NCBI GenBank assembly: GCA_030390025.1
Contig: CM059432.1
Coordinates: 82,400,001-82,464,000 of the forward strand
Origin: Squalus acanthias
Lineage: Eukaryota
Length of the DNA: 64,000 bases
Direction: 5' to 3'
Below, piece by piece: positions 24,722-36,535 of this stretch. The position numbers were made by a program, and so were the translations under genes. The notes beneath the pieces are model-generated. The model searched no databases, was not told where the DNA came from, and was given only the letters and a program-made list of their open reading frames with translations. How positions within the stretch are numbered: position 1 is the first letter of the stretch; the number at the start of each line of letters is the position of its first letter.

Positions 24722-25105
24722 ATTGTCCTTCCAGGTGGTAGAGGTCGCAGGTTTGGGAGGTGCTGCCGAAGAAGCCTTGGCGAGTTGCTGCAGTGCACCT
24801 TGTAGATGGTGCACACTGCAGCCACGGCACGCCGGTGGTGGAGGGAGTGAATGTTTAAGGTGGTGGATGGGGTGACGATCAAGTGGGCTGCTTTGTCCTG
24901 GATGGTGTCGAGCTTCTTGAGTGTTGTTGGAGCTGCACTCGTCCAGGCAAGTGGAGAGTATTCCATCACACTCCTGACCTGTGCCTTGTAGATGGTGGAA
25001 AGGCTTTGGGGAGTCAGGTGAGACATTTGCCATAGAATACCCAGCCTCTGACCTGCTCTTGCAGCCACAGTATTTATGTGGCTGTTCCAGTTAAGTTTCT
25101 GGTCA
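24722..25105 (-). mobile_element. CR1-group LINE RT C-terminal fragment (different family)
   Basis: KLNWNSHINTVAARAGQRLGIL...TIYKAQVRSVMEYSPLAW...KLDTIQDKAAHLI...SLHHRRAVAA. Confidence 0.8.
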
Positions 25106-25654
25106 CCGTCTAGTATTAGGACACTAAAATTCACTATGTTTGGAGCTAGTGGAGGTCAGTGAGGATGGGTATGACGGATGTGACCTAATGACGGACAGAA
25201 TGTGGCACCAGAGTTTTGGATAAGTTGGACTTTGTGTAAGGAGGAGTTCGGGAAGCCAGTAAGGATGGCATTCAGGAAGTTGAATCGTTAGATAAGATAA
25301 GAATGGAGCAGGGTTTCAGTGACAAAAGAGATGAAATGGGACAAAAGAGCACAATGTTGTAAAGGCGGAAGTACAAGGACTTGGTGTTGGACACTGTAAC
25401 AATTTAGATTTTACATGTATTACCTGAACTGGATTTTTTCAATTTATAACATTTCTGTAATCTAAAAGTCAGCATTTTTTCTCAACAATAAGCAAGGCAA
25501 CTGTACTATGGTGTTTTGAAGTGCTAGTTAGATATCCATAGAGGGGATCAAAGCTTGCCCATCATTGATGCTGTTTACTTATGTGGCTTTCAAACAATGA
25601 GAACACTCCAAGGATCAATTAACTGAAATGGCCATCGTGGACAAGCCTTTGATA

Positions 25655-25785
25655 TGATGCGGAGATGCCGGTGTTGGACTGGGGTGGACAAAAACGAGAA
25701 GTCGCACAACACCAGGTTATAGTCCAACAGTTTTATTTAAAATTACGAGCTTTCGGAGCTGCTGCCCCTTCGTCAGGTAGAGGTA
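25655..25785 (-). mobile_element. Short non-autonomous Penelope-like retroelement with hammerhead motif
   Basis: 8-bp TSD CTTTGATA (25647-25654, 25786-25793); about 90 bp homologous to 23434-23520. Confidence 0.8.
25743..25780 (-). ncRNA. Minimal type-I hammerhead ribozyme motif (sense to SLCO5A1)
   Basis: Minus strand cTAC-CTGACGA-a-GGGGC-agca-GCTCC-GAAA-GCTC-GTAa: intact catalytic core, stem II, loopless stem III AGCT, NUH triplet CUC. Confidence 0.75.
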
Positions 25786-25950
25786 CTTTGATAGATAGCC
25801 ATTCTGGGTTAATTAAACAATCAAAAGTATTTTGTTTGCCCACAGTTCAAAGGGCAGGCCGAACCTGGAATTCTTGTTGATTGAAAGCTCGATGGGACAA
25901 ACCCCTGAGCTCAAAGACTTAAGAGCTTGGCTCTCTCTCTCAGACACAAT

Positions 25951-26094
25951 GGGAGTAATTTTGACTTTGTATGATAGTGTAAAACGGGTGATAGCGAGTC
26001 AGCAGCCCGTTTTACATCTTTCCCGATTTTTATTTCCATTGAAGTCAACTCGCTATCAATAGTTTTACACTATTGCACAGTTAAGATTACGCCC
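25951..26094. mobile_element. Small foldback Harbinger-type MITE, 144 bp
   Basis: Termini GGGAGTAATTTT / GGGCGTAATCTT; long imperfect inverted arms (atagtgtaaaac...tgatagcgagt); flanks AAT/TAT. Confidence 0.65.
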
Positions 26095-26229
26095 TATGAG
26101 TGAGCTTTGTCTTGACAGCAATAAGATGTCTATCGTATTTTTAAAAGACTAGACCAGCTAGCTTGAGAGACCAAGTTAAAGTGGCGAACCCATGCTCAAA
26201 CAATTAGTATTTGCATTTTTATTATTTTT

Positions 26230-26478
26230 CATAACTAAATTTGCAGATAGCACTAAGTTAGAAGGCACAGTAGGTTGTGTGGATGAGAGCACTAAGTTAC
26301 AAAGGGAATATACAGATAACGTGGGGAAGTGTAAGGTCTTTGGATCTGAGAAAGACAAATTAAAATTAAAAAGAAATGGAACAAAAGTGGGTAAATTGAA
26401 TTGAGGTACAGATCAGCCGTGATCTAATTGAGCGGCAGAGCAAGCTCGAGGAGCTGAATGGACTACTCCTGTTCCTAT
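26230..26478 (+). mobile_element. Deleted CR1 fragment with 3' tail
   Basis: TKFADSTKLEG motif and gactactcctgttcctatg tail. Confidence 0.7.
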
Positions 26479-26721
26479 GAATTTTAATTCCTCCACCTGT
26501 CGGATACGGGGCAAACGGGAGTTAAAATCCAAGCGGTATAGTTACCGCTCGTTTCTCACCCTGCAGCTATTTTAACGCCGCTGTTTTATTGGGCAGCTGA
26601 GGTGTCCGTCTGAATCAGGCAGGAGCTTCATAAATATATCCTACCATTTACTTAGCACCACGATTCTATTTTAACTGCCTACTGAGAGGGGCGCCCGCTG
26701 CAGATGACCAGAGGAAACATT

Positions 26722-27444
26722 GGGCTGGATTTTGCCAATGGGGAGCTTTTGGAGGCGGGACTCCCACTTGTTGGGTTTCAGTCCCGCCTCCATCAACTTC
26801 TGGCCAACCCACGCTATTTTCCCTTGATTGACCTTGTTAAGCCCGCCCAGTTACAGAGAACGTCAGCGTATGACGTTTCATCTGTCAAAAATTTTTGACA
26901 GATGAATTGTCATCGTTTGACAGCTCTGTGAAGCTGTCAAACACTGACATTCTCTGTAGTTTGATGAGTTCTTGAATTCAAGACCTCATCAAACCTCTTT
27001 ATTTTGCAGAAATTAGATGGTTGGTGCATTGGAGAATGCAACAGCCATCTGTCATCTCTGCCGCAGAGCTGCGAGGCTCTCCGCATACCCAACTCTTGAA
27101 GCCTGCAGGAAAAAACAAAGGTAAGTAAACTTTTTTTAACACTTTCCACTTACCTCACATACTCACCTCTCCATCACTTACCTTCACAGCGCACATTTGC
27201 ACCCCTCCGACCCTCGCAGACCCACTACTCGCCTCGATGACCCTGGCGGATTTCGGAGCCTTCGGGCAGTTAAGTGGCTGTAATCCCTTCCCGCCTCCAA
27301 GGAGACGGGACCCGGCGCGGGTCAGCTACCCGCCTCCTGGCAAGATGGCACAGAGGCGGGTTGGGCACCCGCCCCCAAGTTCTGCCATTTTCCCGGCAGT
27401 CCCGCCTCCAAACCCGCCTCCCCAGGGCTGGCAAAATCCAGCCC
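26722..27444. mobile_element. Harbinger-type MITE, 723 bp
   Basis: Perfect 16-bp TIR GGGCTGGATTTTGCCA; flanks ATT/ATC. The right terminus is shared with the element ending at 50598. Confidence 0.85.
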
Positions 27445-28084
27445 ATCTTTGTGGTCCTCGGGTACACTGTAAGCTTTAGGACTCCGCATTCGATAGTATG
27501 GGTGTCTGTCATTGTATTATTACTGCCATTGTCTAGGCTGACACATGAACAGAAACCACCTAAGTGAGGTACCAAAGGGTGGATGGCACCTGTGAAACCA
27601 CAACCCAGCACCACTCAACACTTTCAAGAGGAGGAAATTAAAATGGGGGTGGGGTGGGGGGGATTGAAACTATATACCTATTTATTCAGCATAGTCTTGT
27701 ATTTTTCTAAAACGTTACTACATTTTAATTTTAGTGCTGCAACGTCACTGCAGTCCTTAAAGAGTTAAATTTTTACCACAGAAATATAACACTGGATTTG
27801 TTGCTGAGCACTTTAAAATCACAGGCAGATGGAGCATGAACAGAATAGGGGCTGAAGAGTCCGAGACGGGTGTAGCTTAAAGTAGGATAATATATTAGTC
27901 ACCGTATGTTAATTATGAATTTTTTACATGATTCTTTCAGCTATTACTTGTCCTCCATTAGGTCACTCAATGAAAGTAAAACGAGAAGCTGTAGCTTACA
28001 CATAGACAGTGATCTCCCGTCAGTTACCACAAACAAGCACTGGGAGCAAGTGGTGTTCTCAGAGGTCTTCCTTTAACGTCCAAA

Positions 28085-28538
28085 GCCTTGCAAGCGTCCA
28101 GCAGCACACCCCGCACTCTTTTCACAACTTTTTACATGTATTGCCCCAAGCCAATACTCCAATAAAATATTTAAAAAGCTATCCAAAAGCTGAAGTCGAA
28201 ACTTACCTGAAAGATATATGTGTCCCTTTAAGAAGTGCTGACACTGACAATGTCTCTGTACAACTGCTGCACGCACGTTATTCCATGCGTGGTTAGGAGA
28301 AGGCGGTATGGAGTGCGGCGATATCCAAAATCGCAGTCGTGCGTCAATTCAGGTGTGATTGACGTCACGATCTGTACATTTACATTGGAGAGGCGAGCGC
28401 AGGCAACGGCAGCACTGTCGCCCTTTCCAAATTGGCGACCACCGTGTCCCATGCCGGAAGTAGGCGGAAGCAAGGCGGCTGCCAGTTTTACAAGAAAACT
28501 GGACTTAACGGCGGCGCTACAAGATCAAATTTTGCGGC
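28085..28538 (-). mobile_element. Harbinger terminal segment homologous to 36085-36879
   Basis: Shared blocks ccttgcaagcgtccagcagcac and aaacttacctgaaaga...gtgtccctttaagaag; terminus GCCGCAAAATTTG on -. Confidence 0.65.
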
Positions 28539-28544
28539 ATCAGC

Positions 28545-28772
28545 CTCTATTTATAAAACATGGATACCATGAGCTTTTTTAACAGATTTATCAACTTATC
28601 CTGCCACCTTCAAAAATTTGTGTACTATACCCCCAGGTGTCTCTGTTCTTGCGCCCCTTTTGAAATTGTACCATTTACTTTATATTGCCTCTTCTCATTT
28701 TTCCTTCCAAAATGCATCACTTCACACTTCTCTGCATTACATTTCATCTGCCATGTGTCTGCCCATTTCACC
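28545..28772 (-). mobile_element. CR1 RT fragment
   Basis: Similar to 10700-10925 (revcomp gives a KCEVMHFGRKN-type motif). Confidence 0.75.
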
Positions 28773-29423
28773 AGAAAGTATAGGGCCTAGAAATCCGAGT
28801 AGGCCAGAAACCTGCCGGTGCCATCACGGGCCGAATTAAAGGCTGCCTACAATAATAGCGCAGACAGCACCGGTATTTTGATTAACATTAGCGGAGCGCA
28901 GAACCTGGAGTGCAACACTCTTTTTCCGGCAGGTAGTCCTAGCAGCAGGCCCAGCGTGGCCATAGCGTCCCTGGAGCGAGGCAGCATTCTCTTAAAGTTA
29001 GCCTGTCATTTTAAAAAGCAGTGACAGTCTCTTAAAGGGGAACTTGTCTTGAATAGGCACTAATCACCAGGAGCAGGGGAGCCGGATCATCACTTGTAAA
29101 TTGGGTGAGGCTCCAAGTGTATAAAAGTGAACATTTCTACAGAGTACAGAGCGGTCTGCACAGAGTGGGATTAAATGGAGTGGACTTCAACAGAGTGCTT
29201 GGTTTGGGAATTTGGAAAGAGTGGGAATTTGGAGAAGAGGGGGAAGGAGTTGCTGCTTTTTGCCTACATTACTTGTAGTGCTTTGTGTTACAGGTAGATA
29301 TTTAATTTCAGTACTCTTAACTTAATCTAGATCAAGTAAGTAGTCAAAAAACTACACTGTAAACTAAGTTACCTAATTACAAATTTAAATAAATTTAATT
29401 CAATAAAACAAGGTCATATAGGG

Positions 29424-30370
29424 ATGGCAGTGCAGGTGGTGTGCCGTAACTGCAGCATGTGGGAGTTTGTGGAGAGCATTGTGATCCCGGACAACCACGT
29501 TTGCAGTAAGTGCCTGCATCTTGAGGAACTTCAGCTCAGAGTTTTTGAGCTGGAGTCTGAGGTGCAGACATTGTGGGGCATCCGGGATGGGGAGAGTTAC
29601 CTGGACACTTTGATCCAGGAGGCAGTCACACCCCTTAGGTTAGGTAGTGGTACAGGTCTGGTTAGTGGTCAGGGACAGGAGGGTGTGACTGCAACTCAGG
29701 CAGGTAAGGGGCCCGCAGGTGCAGTGCTGGAGGAGCCTCAGACTTTGTCCTTGTCCAACAGGTATGAGGTTCTTGCTGCCTGTGTGGATGAGGGAAAAGC
29801 CTGCAGGATGGATGAGCAGGCTGACCATGGCACTATGGTGCAGGAGGCCATTCAAGTAGGGGGAGTGAAAGGGAATGTAGTTGTGGTAGGGACAGTATAG
29901 TCAGGGGGGATAGATACTGTTCTCTGCAGCCGCGACCGAGTGTTCCGATGGTTATGTTGCCAGGGTTAAAGACATCTCCTCGCGGCTGAAGAAGAACTTG
30001 GAGTGGGAGTGGGAGGATCCAGTTGTCGTGGTCCACGTAGGAACCAACGACATAGGTAGAACTAGGAATGAGGTTCTGCTGAGGGAGTTTGAGGAGCTAG
30101 GATCCAAATTAAAAAGCAGAACTTCAAAGATAATCATCTCTGGATTGTTACCTGAGCCACGCGCAAATTGGCATAGGGACAAACAGATTCGAGGTTTAAA
30201 TGCGTGGCTCAAAGAGTGGTGTGGGAGGAAAGGGTTTTGGTTCATGGGGCACTGGCACCAGTACTGGGAAAGAGGGAGCTGTTCTGTTGGGACGGGCTCC
30301 ACTTAAACCAGGCTAGGACCAGTGTCCTGGCGAACCAAATAACTAGGGTAGTAGACTGGGATTTAAACTA
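29424..30370 (+). pseudogene. CR1 ORF1: zinc finger, coiled coil and SGNH esterase; frameshifted
   Basis: CRNCSMW...CSKC zinc finger and leucine heptads LEELQLRVFELESEVQTL. Esterase blocks VVVG(D)S, VVVHVGTNDIG, IISGLLP and LNAWLKEWC. Confidence 0.85.
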
Positions 30371-30559
30371 ATGAAGGGGGGGGGGGGGGAGGATTTAGGA
30401 AAGAGTAAATTTAAAAGCAGTGAGAGAAATGTCAAGGCTCTATAGCAGAGTAGAGTTTTGGGTAAAAATAAGCAGAGTGGGTCAGGAAGGGACAGAGAGA
30501 GTAACAAAGGTAATAAGGCATCAGTGACTAAGGTGACATTAGGGAAAAAGAGAAATAAG

Positions 30560-33500
30560 TCCAAGCTAACGGCACTATATCTGAATGCGCGAAGCATTCA
30601 CAACAAAATAGATGAATTAATAGCACAGATAGAAATTAACAGGTTTAATCTAATAGCCATAACAGAGACGTGGTTACAAAGTGGCCAAGGTTAGGAACTA
30701 AATATTCCAGGATACATAACTTTTAGAAGGGATAGGCAAAATGGAAAAGGAGGAGGGGTAGCCCTGACAATAAAGGATGGGATAAAGACAGTAGAGAGAA
30801 AGGATCTTAGCTCCGAAAATCAAGAAGTAGAATCAGTTTCGGTGGCGCTAAGGGAACAGCAAGGGGCACAAAACATTGGTGGGAGTTGTTTATACGCCCC
30901 CAAACAGTAGTTGTAATGTAGGACATTAGAGGCGCATGTAACAAGGGTAATACAGTAATCATGGGGGACTTTAATCTACATATAGACTGGGCAAACCAAA
31001 TTTGCAGTAATAGTGTGGAGGACGAATTCATGGAATGTATGCAAGATAGTTTTCTAGATCAGTATGTTGAGGAACCAACTAGGGAACAGGCTATTTTAGA
31101 TCTGGTATTGTGCAATGAGAAAGGGTTAATTAATAACCTTGTAGTAAAGGGGTCTTTATGGAAGAGTGACCATAATATGATTGAATTGTATATTGAGTTT
31201 GAAAGTGATTTACTTAAATCCGAAACTAGGGTCTTAAATCTAAACAAAGCAAACTACGTAGGTATGAGGGACGAGTTGGCTAAGGTAGATTGGGAAACTA
31301 CATTAAAAGGTATGACCGTGGACGAGCAATGGCTAGCATTTAAAGAATTAATACATAATTTACAACAAATATACATTCCTTTAAGGCACAAAAACCCTAC
31401 AGGAAAAGTAGTCCAATCATGGCTAACAAGAGAAGTTAAAGATAGTATTAGATCAAAGGAAGAGGCTTATAATGCTGCCAAAAAGAGTAGTAAGCCTGAG
31501 GATTGGGAGGATATTAGAATTCAGCAAAGGAGGACCAAGAAATTGATAAAGGGAAAATAGAATATGAGAGTAAACTAGCGAGAGACATAAAAACAGACTG
31601 TAAAAGCTCCTATAGGTATGTAAAAAGGAAAAGATTAGCAAAAGTAAATGTGGGTCTCTTACAGGTTGAAACAGGAGAAATTATAATGGGGAATAAGGAA
31701 ATGGCAGCGAAATTAAACAAATACTTTGGCTGCAATTTTACTAATGGAGGCGGGTTGAGTGTGGGTCCGCTGCTCGGAGGCTTTCAGACCCGCACCCGGC
31801 TGCCGCCTCCCAGAACGTACTATTTTGCCTTGATTGGCCTCGTTACGGCCGACGTGCGGGTCCCTCCAGGCAATTGCTTGGAGGCTGTCAGTTTCTCGCG
31901 TCTGATGACGCGTTGTTTGGATGAAAATTTAAAGGGCCCATGTCCCCTTTGGGGAAAATGTCATTGGGATGGCTTGGTGCTGTATTATATAGAAAGGGGA
32001 GTTGACAGTGTCTGTTCTGAGCAAAATTTAATGAATGATATTGCTGGTCATATTATTCCAGAAAGATATTTATGGTTTTTTTATATATCAATTTATTATC
32101 TGACTATGAAATTAAAAAGATGCCAGATTTGTTCCAATCATTGGCTTAGTAATATTAATGCTTTTTTCTCCTAAAGGTGCTGGGAGCTGCAGGAATCGCA
32201 GCCCCAATAACTAAGGCTGCACCCAGGTTCAATGAGGGCTCTCTCCATGCTCTTGTTGAGGGAGTTAGAGGACGTCAGGAGCTCCTCTTCCCTGGAAGTG
32301 GAAGGAGGAGGCCTCCTCAGCAAACCAAGGCAGCTTGGCTGCAAATTGCTGAGGAGGTGAGCTCGAGGTCTGTGTGCAGACACACATGGGTTTAGTGTGG
32401 AAAAAGGTTTAATGATCTGCTGAGATCACCTAAAGTGTGGCCTCTGTTCTGGGAAATGGAAGTTCAAGAGTGAGGGCTCATGTAGAATGTTGGTGGTGAC
32501 ACTGAGCGCAAACCACCGTTTATTGGACAGATGATGCCTGGGGTTTGAGAATGTCGGACGTATATTCATCTCCATGTGCCAGCCACCTGTGGTTGAAGTG
32601 TTAGCTTACGCGAATCTGGCATGGATGAGTGCATCCCTTGCCTGACGGCCAGCAATGTGGTCACCTGCTGCTGGATTGGCCACATCCGGCCCCACAAGGC
32701 GTTGCTCCCCATCCTCCTCCCCGTCCTCTTCCTCTTCCTTGTCCCCTTCCTCGTCCTCCAAGGAGGCTGTGTGCTGAGCCACTTGTTCATCCGGCAGCAC
32801 TAAGCCGCGCTGCTCTTCCTCCGAATCTGACGACCAGGATGAGAGGATGTAAATGGTTCCCATCCCGTTGTTATACATTTCAGTTGAGGCAAGAAGCTTG
32901 CAAGCGCACACTCAAAGTGGCCTGAAATTATTCCAATCAATTCAAACAGCAGATGTGTGTCAGCTTGGCCAGTCACAAGGTCAGTAGATTTGCAAAATCT
33001 TATCCCAAACCTCCAACAACAAAGTCGTTGCATTTGAATGCCAGCCATGTTACAGGAGCGCTTTTAAAGTTCTGCACCAATAATGACTACAGATCATGTC
33101 CTCCACCAATTCATCTTTTTGCAGCAGGACTTTTTCTGACAAGATGGAAAACAGGAGCCAGGGGCACAAAAATGGGAAACCTCTGTCAAAATAGGATTAT
33201 CAAGGCAGTTAACAGGCTCTTAACTGTTTTAACTACCTGTCCCACCATTGGAGTCGGGTTAGTTTGGGAGCAGCTGAACAGACACTCACGAAAATCACGT
33301 GAGGGCGAGATGGAGGCGGGTTGGGCGTCTGAAGCCATTTTTTCTGATTTTACCAGCTGACATGCCTCCAAACCCACCTCCTCAGGGCTGTTAATATCGA
33401 GCCCTTTGTGTCTGTCTTCACTGAAGAAGACGCAAAAAACTTCCCGGAAATAGTGGAGAACCAAAGGTCTATCGAAAATGTGGAAGTGAAAGAAATTCAA

Positions 33501-35031
33501 TTGGTAAAAAAGTAGTACTGGAGAAATTAATGGGACTGAAAGCCGATAAATCCCCTGGACCTGATGGCCTACATCCTAGAGTTTTGAAAGAGTTGGCTGT
33601 AGAGATAGTGGATGCATTGGTTGTCATTTTCCAAAATTCCATAGATTCTAGAACGGTTCCCGCAGATTGGAAGGTAGCAAATGTAACCCCACTATTTAAG
33701 AAAGGAGGGAGAAAACGGGGAACTACAGACCAGTTAGTCTGACATCAGTAGTAGGGAAAATCCTAGAATCTATTATTAAGGACGTGGTAACAGGACACTT
33801 AGAAAATAATAATAGGATTGGGCAGTCAACACGGATTTATGAAAGGGAAATCATGTTTGACAAATCTGTTAGAATTTTTTGAGGTTGTAACTAGCAGAAT
33901 AGATAAGGGGGAACCAGTGGATGTGGTGTATTTGGATTTTCAGAAGGCATTTGATAAGGTGCCACACAAGAGGTTATTAAACAAAATTAGGGCTCATGGG
34001 ATTGGGGGTAATATACTAGCATGGATTGAGGATTGGTTAAAGGACAGAAAACAGAGAGTAGGAATAAACGGGTCATTTTCGGGTTGGCAGGCTGTAACTA
34101 GTACACTACCGCAAGGATCAGTGCTTGGGCCTCAGCTATTCATAATCTACATCAATGATTTGGATGAGGGGACCAAATGTAATATATCCAAGTTTGCTGA
34201 TGATACAAAGCTGGGTGGGAATGTAAGTTGTGAGGAGGATGCAAGGAGGCTTCAAGGGGATATAGACAGGCTAAGTGAGTGGGCAAGAACATGGCAAATG
34301 GAATATAATGTGGAGAAATGTGAAGTTATCCACTTTGGTAGGAAAAATAGAAAAGCAGAGTATTCTTTAAATGGTGAGAGATTGGGAATGTTGGTGTTCA
34401 GAGGGACCTGGGTATCCTTGTACACGAATCACAGAAAGTTAACATGCAGGTACAGCAAGCAATTAGGGAAGCAAATGGTATGTTGGCCTTTATTACATGA
34501 GGATTTGAGTATAAGAGTAAAGACGTCTTACTGCAATTATATAGGGCCCTGGTGAGACCACACCTGGAGTATTGTGTACAGTTTTGGTCTCCTTACCTAA
34601 GGAAGGCTATACTTGCCATAGAGGGAGTGCAACGAAGGTTCACCAGACTGGTTCCTGGGATGGGGGGATTGTCCTATGAGGAGAGATTGATTAGACTAGG
34701 CCTATATTCTCTAGAGTTTAGAAGAATGAGAGGTGATCTCATTGAAACATACAAAATTCTTACAGGGCTTGACAGTGTAGATGCAGGGAGGATGTTTCCC
34801 CTGACTGGGGAGTCTAGAACCAGGGGTCACAGTCTCAGAATAAGGGGTCGACCATTTAGGACTGAGATGAGGAGAAATTTCTTCACTCAGAGGGTTGTGA
34901 ATCTTTGGAATTCTCTACACCAGAGGGCTGTGGAGGCTCAGTCTTTGAGTACATTCAAGACGGAGATCGATAGATTTTTGGATATTAAGGGAATCAAGGG
35001 ATATGGGGATAGTGCAGGAAAGTGGAGATGA
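30560..35031 (+). pseudogene. CR1 ORF2 APE and reverse transcriptase, disrupted and interrupted by 31728-33404
   Basis: [75 protein letters not shown]. Confidence 0.9.
31728..33404. mobile_element. Internally deleted Harbinger element, 1677 bp
   Basis: TSD TTT (31725-27, 33405-07); termini GGCTGCAATTTT / GGGCTCGATATT. Myb domain on + (AAPRFNEGSLHALVEGV...AWLQIAEEV...KRFNDL) and transposase acidic C-terminus on - (...GRQARDALIHARFA*). Confidence 0.85.
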
Positions 35032-35913
35032 GGTAGAAGATCAGCCATGATCTTATTGAATAGTGGAGCAGGCTCGAAGGGCCAAATGGCCTACTCCTGC
35101 TCCTATTTCTTATGTTCCTAGCTTCATCTCATCCCCTTGGAGGAGACGATGCAGGCCATTCTCGGCAGGGGCATGGCTGAGCCCTTGGCCAGCGATGGGG
35201 CTGAAAGGATACAAGATGCTGGTATTCTCATACATTATCCTCCTTCTCACATCCCACTTACCCCTCATCCCAGAATCTCTTCTGATTTACAAAGTGCGCA
35301 TGGTGTAAGCCTGCACCTCTTGCTTTCAGCCCTTCCCCTCACCACAACCCTACCCTTGTGCCTTTCTCATTTCAGACACCCAAGAAATCCAGCCTGCCCA
35401 GCCAGTGGTTGACCAAGAAAAAGAAGAAAAAAAAATCACTCAATTTGACACACCCAGCCACCAGCTCCTCGAGGTCGTCCTGCACAGCCATCTGCAGTGT
35501 CCCCCACTGAAAGTTAGCAGCCTTCCCCAGCCATGCTGCAGCCACTGGGGTAGCACTGCGTGACATCAGTAGGATAGGGAAAGGCCGATGCAAGATAGCC
35601 ACCAAGGGAATACACAAAGGTGATTAGTTGAGTTCTTGATGTCATATTGGATGGATAGATGTATAAAGCTGTACTGGAAAGGTTGTTTTGTGGTTGCTTT
35701 TATTTCAGCATTGTGGCCAAGAGGACGCTGTGATGGTCAGTAACAGAGGGAAGGTAATGTGTGGGACAAATGTTGAAAGGGGAATTGGGGTTGTGTTCAC
35801 TGGTACTGCAGGCGGATGATTCGATCCCGGATATCCTGGCCAAAAAGGGGCTGTCTGGGTTGCATCCTTCCTTCTGCTGCTTCTTCATCTGCGCCTTCCT
35901 CTCCCCTCTACGA

Positions 35914-36056
35914 GCGGATGCTGGAAATCTGAAATAAAAGCAGAAAATGCTGGAAATACACAGCAGGTCAGGCAGCATCTGGAACTGAGGCGTTAACTCT
36001 GTTTCTCTTTCCACAGATGCTGCCTGACCTGCTGATTATTTCCAGCATTTTCTGTC
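35914..36056. repeat. Penelope pLTR-derived inverted repeat (hairpin)
   Basis: 41-bp arms 35941-35981 and 36014-36054 with 2 mismatches; the sequence matches the 3' end of the Penelope at 56020-56107. Confidence 0.8.
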
Positions 36057-36186
36057 TTCTCAGAGGCCCTCCTTTACCATCCGACTCCTTGCAAGCGTCC
36101 AGCAGCACTCGCTGCACGCTTTAAAAACTTTTAACATCTATTGCACCAAGCCACTACTTCAATAAAATATATTTTTGGAAGTCCAA

Positions 36187-36535
36187 GGGGGAAAAATTCG
36201 GTTGCTTTGCGCCTCCCGTTAGCGCCCTAAGAGGGCGCAAAACAACTAGCGCCCGGGCTCTTTTGCAGGTACTCCGATCCCCCGTGGCCTAGCTGGGCCC
36301 CGGATCGCGCTGCACAAGGCCCCTCCCCTTTAAGAAGGGGAGGAAGGCCTGCAATACCGCGGTGCAACGTGCCGCGATATTCCCTCGCAGCGCCCCAAGA
36401 GGGAGGCGGGGCGCTTCCAGTAGCGCCCTGCTTCCCTTTTGGGGCGCTGCCACTCAATTTCGGCCGTGAGGGCACTAATTTTTCCACCCCGGCGAAGTTA
36501 TTGCCCCAAAGGGGGTGCGACTCAATTTTTCCCCC
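36187..36535. mobile_element. Harbinger-type MITE, 349 bp
   Basis: TSD CAA (36184-86, 36536-38); TIR GGGGGAAAAATT. The host element rejoins across it (compare 28160-28215). Confidence 0.85.

Larger units (their letters stand above)
29050..35120 (+). mobile_element. Near full-length CR1 LINE (5' region, ORF1, ORF2, tail)
   Basis: ORF1 from 29424, ORF2 APE from about 30560, RT to 35031, tail cctatttcttatgttccta. The 5' boundary is approximate. Confidence 0.92.

Noticed and set aside
31650..32174. 174-aa ORF
   Set aside because: CR1 frame reading into the non-coding end of an inserted Harbinger.
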